Source: Cyanophyceae cyanobacterium (GTDB taxonomy: Bacteria > Cyanobacteriota > Cyanobacteriia > Cyanobacteriales > Laspinemataceae). Taken from it: DNA of 64,000 nucleotides. Position numbers and translations under genes: made by a program. Within the stretch, counting starts at the first letter, position 1; each line of letters opens with the position of its first letter. Of the stretch, positions 61,340 through 64,000 are shown piece by piece. The DNA lies in contig JBBQFN010000002.1 in assembly GCA_038321985.1 (NCBI GenBank), positions 352,001 to 416,000 of the forward strand, given 5' to 3'. The notes beneath the pieces are model-generated. The model saw only the letters and a list, made by a program, of their open reading frames with translations. It did no database searches and was not told the origin of the DNA.

Positions 61340-64000
61340 ATGTCTGAACAAATTAACGCCGAAAAACGCTCTCAACTTTCCGCCGCTAAACAAGCCTTAT
61401 TAGCCAAACGGTTGCGCGGTCAAGTAACTGCTGTTAACAAAACAAAAATTCAGGAACAAAAGACTGTCAATTCCCTGCCTCAAATTGCACCCAATCCAGA
61501 AATCCGGCATCTGCCCTTCCCATTGACGGATATGCAACAAGCCTATTGGATTGGTAGAAATAGCTTTTTTGAATCGGGCAATGTTTCCATTCATGCTTAT
61601 TTTGAAACGGACAGCCAAAACTTGGATTTAGAGCGCTTTAATCGGGCATGGCAACGGTTGATTGAGCGCCATGATATGTTAAAGGCAATTGTGCTGCCGA
61701 ATGGTCAACAGCAAATTTTAGAAAATCTCCCCCCTTATGAGATTAAAGTCTTGGATTTGCGGGGAAAATCCGAGGAGGTGATTGCCGCTGAATTGCAAGG
61801 GGTGCGCGATCGCCTGTCTCATCAAGTTATTCCCTCGGACCGCTGGCCGTTATATGAAATCTGCGCCTCCCAGTTAGGCGATCGCCATTACCGTCTCCAT
61901 ATCAGTATTGATGGCATATTCTTCGATGCCCGTAGTTACCAAATCCTCTCCAAAGAACTGATCCAACTCTACCAGGACCCGGACTGTGAACTGCCTCCTT
62001 TAGAGTTGTCATTCAGAGATTATGTGCAAGGATTGCTAGACCTGCAAACCTCGGAAATTTATCAAAAGTCTCTCACTTATTGGCAACAACGGATTCCCAC
62101 TTTACCCCCGGCCCCAGAACTGCCCCTCGCCAATACTGGCGCAGCGCCCCAGGGTTCTCAGTTTGTGCGCCGTCGGTCCACATTAGAGGCAGAGATTTGG
62201 CAAAAACTCAAAACCCGGGCGGCGCGAGCAAATGTTACCCCGGCTGGATTGTTACTGGCTGCTTATGCGGAAGTTTTGGCAACCTGGAGCAAAAATCCCC
62301 GGTTTACGATTAATGTCCCCCGGTTCGATCGCTTTCCCCTCCATCCCCAAGTCACTCACCTGATCGGTGAATTTGCCTCCTTTACCCTGTTAGAGGTAGA
62401 TTTTTCCGAACCTAACTCTTTTGAGGTGAGGGCGAAGCGCCTCCAACAGCAACTCTGGCAAGATTTGGAACATCAATATGTGAGTGGGGTGCGGGTCTTG
62501 CGAGAACTGGCAAGGTATCAAGGGAATACCCTCGGGGTCACCATGCCAATTGTGTTTACCAGTTCTCCCCAAGATGTGGACGGGAAGGAAACCCGCCCCA
62601 TTGATGCCCCGGTGGACTTGGGGGCGATCGCCTACAGTCTGGCCCAAACCCCGCAAGTCTGGCTTGATTTTATGTATCGTGAGAGCAATGGCGCGTTAAT
62701 TTTCAACTTTGACGCCGTGGAAAATCGGTTCGCCCCTGGGGTCGTAGAAGCCATGTTCCAGGCGTATAACCAGCTACTCAGTCACCTTGCTGAGGGAGAG
62801 GAAGGCTGGCAGGAAATTGGCCGATCGCTCGTTCCCGAGGAACAACTCCAGCAACGCGCCGCCATCAACGCCACCGATGCCCCGATTCCCGATAAAACCC
62901 TGTATCAGTTGTTTTGCGATCGCGTTCAAGAAGCGCCAGAACAAATTGCTCTCACAACCTCCGACTCTACCCTGAGTTACGGGGAAGTTTACCAGCGATC
63001 GCAACATCTGGGATATCACTTGCGGGAGTTAGGGGTGCGTCCGAATACCCTAGTCGCAGTGTTCATGGAAAAGGGATGGGAGCAAATCGTCGCTGTATTG
63101 GGCATTCTGGCAGCAGGGGCGGCTTATTTACCCCTAGACGCGGAATTACCCCAAGAACGCCTCGACTATCTGTTGCAGGATGCGGGAGTGCAGCAAGTGT
63201 TAACCCAGTCCCAACTCATCGGAACTCGCCTATTCCCTAACGGGATTCAGCCGATTTGTGTCGATGGACAAGATATATCGCGTGCCAACCCTGCACCATT
63301 ACTTTCTGTCAATACATCGGATGATTTGGCTTATGTAATTTATACTTCAGGGTCTACGGGCCTACCGAAAGGGGTGGCAGTCGCGCATCGGTCCGTAGTC
63401 AATACCGTAATTGCGACAAACCAGCGCTTTGAGATTACCGCCTCCGACCGGGCGATCGCCTTAACTGCCCTGCATCACGACTTATCGGTATTCGATATCT
63501 TCGGCATCTTGGCGGCGGGCGGTACTCTAGTGATTCCCGATGCCGCCCAACGGCGAGATCCAGCCCATTGGTCACAGTTGCTGCAACAGGAACGAGTCAC
63601 GTTCTGGAACTCAGTCCCCGCCATGATGGAGATGTTACTGGAATATACTAGCGGCCAATGTAGTCTCACATTTCCTAACTTGCGTCTGACAATTTTGGGG
63701 GGAGACTGGATACCTGTTGCCGTTCCCAGTCGCCTAAAAGCGGCTGCGCCGAATGTGCAACTTGTGAGTATTGGCGGCCCTACGGAAACCACCATTTGGA
63801 ATATCTGGTATCCCGTGGAAACTCTCACCCTGCAACAGAAAAGCATTCCCTACGGCAAACCCATTGCTAATAATCGGTATTACATTTTAAATGATGCTTT
63901 AGAAGACCGTCCCGTATGGGTTCCCGGGCAAATGTATTGTGCTGGAGTTGGACTCGCCCAAGGGTACTGGCACAATGAAGCAAAGACCCGGGAAAATTTC
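61340..64000 (+). CDS. NRPS with heterocyclization (Cy) and A domains, truncated at the window end
   Basis: Hand-translated from ATG 61340: PFPLTDMQQAYWIGR, DGIFFD (DxxxxD at 61910), PIVFTS, QTPQVWLD, YTSGSTGLPKG, code DLFNIGIIWK. All checked motifs and the last codons (GYWHNEAKTRENF) are in one frame. Confidence 0.9.
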   Translation, partial: MSEQINAEKRSQLSAAKQALLAKRLRGQVTAVNKTKIQEQKTVNSLPQIAPNPEIRHLPFPLTDMQQAYWIGRNSFFESGNVSIHAYFETDSQNLDLERFNRAWQRLIERHDMLKAIVLPNGQQQILENLPPYEIKVLDLRGKSEEVIAAELQGVRDRLSHQVIPSDRWPLYEICASQLGDRHYRLHISIDGIFFDARSYQILSKELIQLYQDPDCELPPLELSFRDYVQGLLDLQTSEIYQKSLTYWQQRIPTLPPAPELPLANTGAAPQGSQFVRRRSTLEAEIWQKLKTRAARANVTPAGLLLAAYAEVLATWSKNPRFTINVPRFDRFPLHPQVTHLIGEFASFTLLEVDFSEPNSFEVRAKRLQQQLWQDLEHQYVSGVRVLRELARYQGNTLGVTMPIVFTSSPQDVDGKETRPIDAPVDLGAIAYSLAQTPQVWLDFMYRESNGALIFNFDAVENRFAPGVVEAMFQAYNQLLSHLAEGEEGWQEIGRSLVPEEQLQQRAAINATDAPIPDKTLYQLFCDRVQEAPEQIALTTSDSTLSYGEVYQRSQHLGYHLRELGVRPNTLVAVFMEKGWEQIVAVLGILAAGAAYLPLDAELPQERLDYLLQDAGVQQVLTQSQLIGTRLFPNGIQPICVDGQDISRANPAPLLSVNTSDDLAYVIYTSGSTGLPKGVAVAHRSVVNTVIATNQRFEITASDRAIALTALHHDLSVFDIFGILAAGGTLVIPDAAQRRDPAHWSQLLQQERVTFWNSVPAMMEMLLEYTSGQCSLTFPNLRLTILGGDWIPVAVPSRLKAAAPNVQLVSIGGPTETTIWNIWYPVETLTLQQKSIPYGKPIANNRYYILNDALEDRPVWVPGQMYCAGVGLAQGYWHNEAKTRENF

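Overview
Cyanobacterial chromosomal DNA, rich in the HIP1 octamer GCGATCGC; gene content suggests a filamentous Oscillatoriales-type host (inference). Left third (1-21.5 kb): a DUF262 + HEPN two-gene putative anti-phage module, ileS carrying a membrane-anchoring CAAD/CURT1-like insertion, a PAS-GAF-GGDEF diguanylate cyclase, tocopherol cyclase, a phosphohexomutase, small membrane and AMIN proteins, bicA, a Ser/Thr kinase-WD40 protein and a hybrid histidine kinase. From 21.6 kb to the window end lies an apparently iron-regulated lipopeptide siderophore locus. Minus strand: MFS exporter, then TonB-dependent receptor, binding protein, two permeases, ATPase, sucrase/ferredoxin-like 2Fe-2S protein and an Ntn-hydrolase acylase. 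Plus strand: FAAL-ACP-C, standalone TauD hydroxylase, I-A(unusual)-T-C-A(Gly)-T-C-TauD, I-A(Asp)-T-C-A(Gly)-T, C-A(beta-Ala)-T, PLP aspartate decarboxylase, KS-AT-ACP, and a Cy-A NRPS truncated by the window edge (missing from the ORF track). Hand-read specificity codes predict acyl-X(OH)-Gly-betaOH-Asp-Gly-betaAla-malonyl-azoline-..., where X is loaded by an A domain lacking the canonical alpha-amino-binding Asp. All assignments come from motif recognition; no searches were run.
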